Translations under genes and position numbers: made by a program | Part shown: positions 32,553 to 33,000 of the stretch, piece by piece | How positions within the stretch are numbered: the stretch's first letter is position 1 | How the letters are laid out: each line of letters begins with the position of its first letter | Origin: Botryllus schlosseri | Taxonomy: Eukaryota | Direction: 5' to 3' | Assembly: GCA_051294905.1 (NCBI GenBank) | Contig: CM119385.1 | Coordinates: forward strand, 14,043,001-14,076,000 | DNA length: 33,000 bases | Notes under the pieces: generated by a model | Databases searched by the model: none | Told to the model about the DNA's origin: nothing | The model's input: the letters and a program-made list of their open reading frames with translations, nothing else

Positions 32553-33000
32553 AGTCCACGAACCCGGCATGGACCGGCACTCCGGCAGTCGATGGTATAA
32601 CCATTGTGTCCTATATGGTGTGGACACTAGGGTTATGACTTGAAAAAAATTTTGCCTGTAGCAGGAAATAATGAACATTTTGCTATAAATAAATAAAATT
32701 ATAATTATTTTGTTCAAATCGTAAAAAATGTCCCGCACAAACTAACTTCAAATTTTGACATTGGTCCAAATATATATAAAAAAATACAATTCAAAGGTTA
32801 TTCTCATCTACAGATTTAATCTTCAAATATTTGTCCTTTTGCACTTCTGGTGAAGCTCTTCCATCAATTTGACTTCCCTTTCTGAATTATGTTAGTGCCA
32901 AGGATATCTACGACGGACTTATCCGACTTCCAATGAGGTTTTAAGGCACTTTATCGCTGCAGGACATTCGAGCTCAAAGATAGCAGCAAATAATCTTGGG

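Overview
Eukaryotic (metazoan) genomic DNA, AT-rich; not prokaryotic, so no CRISPR, operon-type or rRNA/tRNA features were found. The only intact gene I can support is a 15-exon dachshund (DACH/Dac, Ski/Sno family) gene on the minus strand (CDS 6556->1635). All 14 introns are GT-AG, the frame stays open across every junction, and the total is 2001 nt = 666 aa + stop. It carries a near-canonical DD1 (DachBox-N) and a diverged coiled-coil DD2 (DachBox-C). Eight of its 14 introns are 58-65 nt. The compact introns and undepleted CpG suggest an invertebrate, possibly a tunicate (inference only). The ~26 kb 5' of dach has no intact gene. It holds several short non-autonomous DNA transposons (hAT-type ends with 8-bp target-site duplications), a young 5'-truncated L2/Crack/CR1-group LINE (30649-32552; one nonsense codon, one frameshift, candidate 6-bp TSD), a probable older LINE 3' remnant, and several stop-interrupted, splice-signal-bounded coding-like blocks I could not assign to any family. 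The most interesting observation is a 78-nt phase-symmetric exon-like block inside dach intron 10 with a CGG pseudo-acceptor and an in-frame TGA (decayed or poison exon). I found no convincing evidence of a wholly new biological system.
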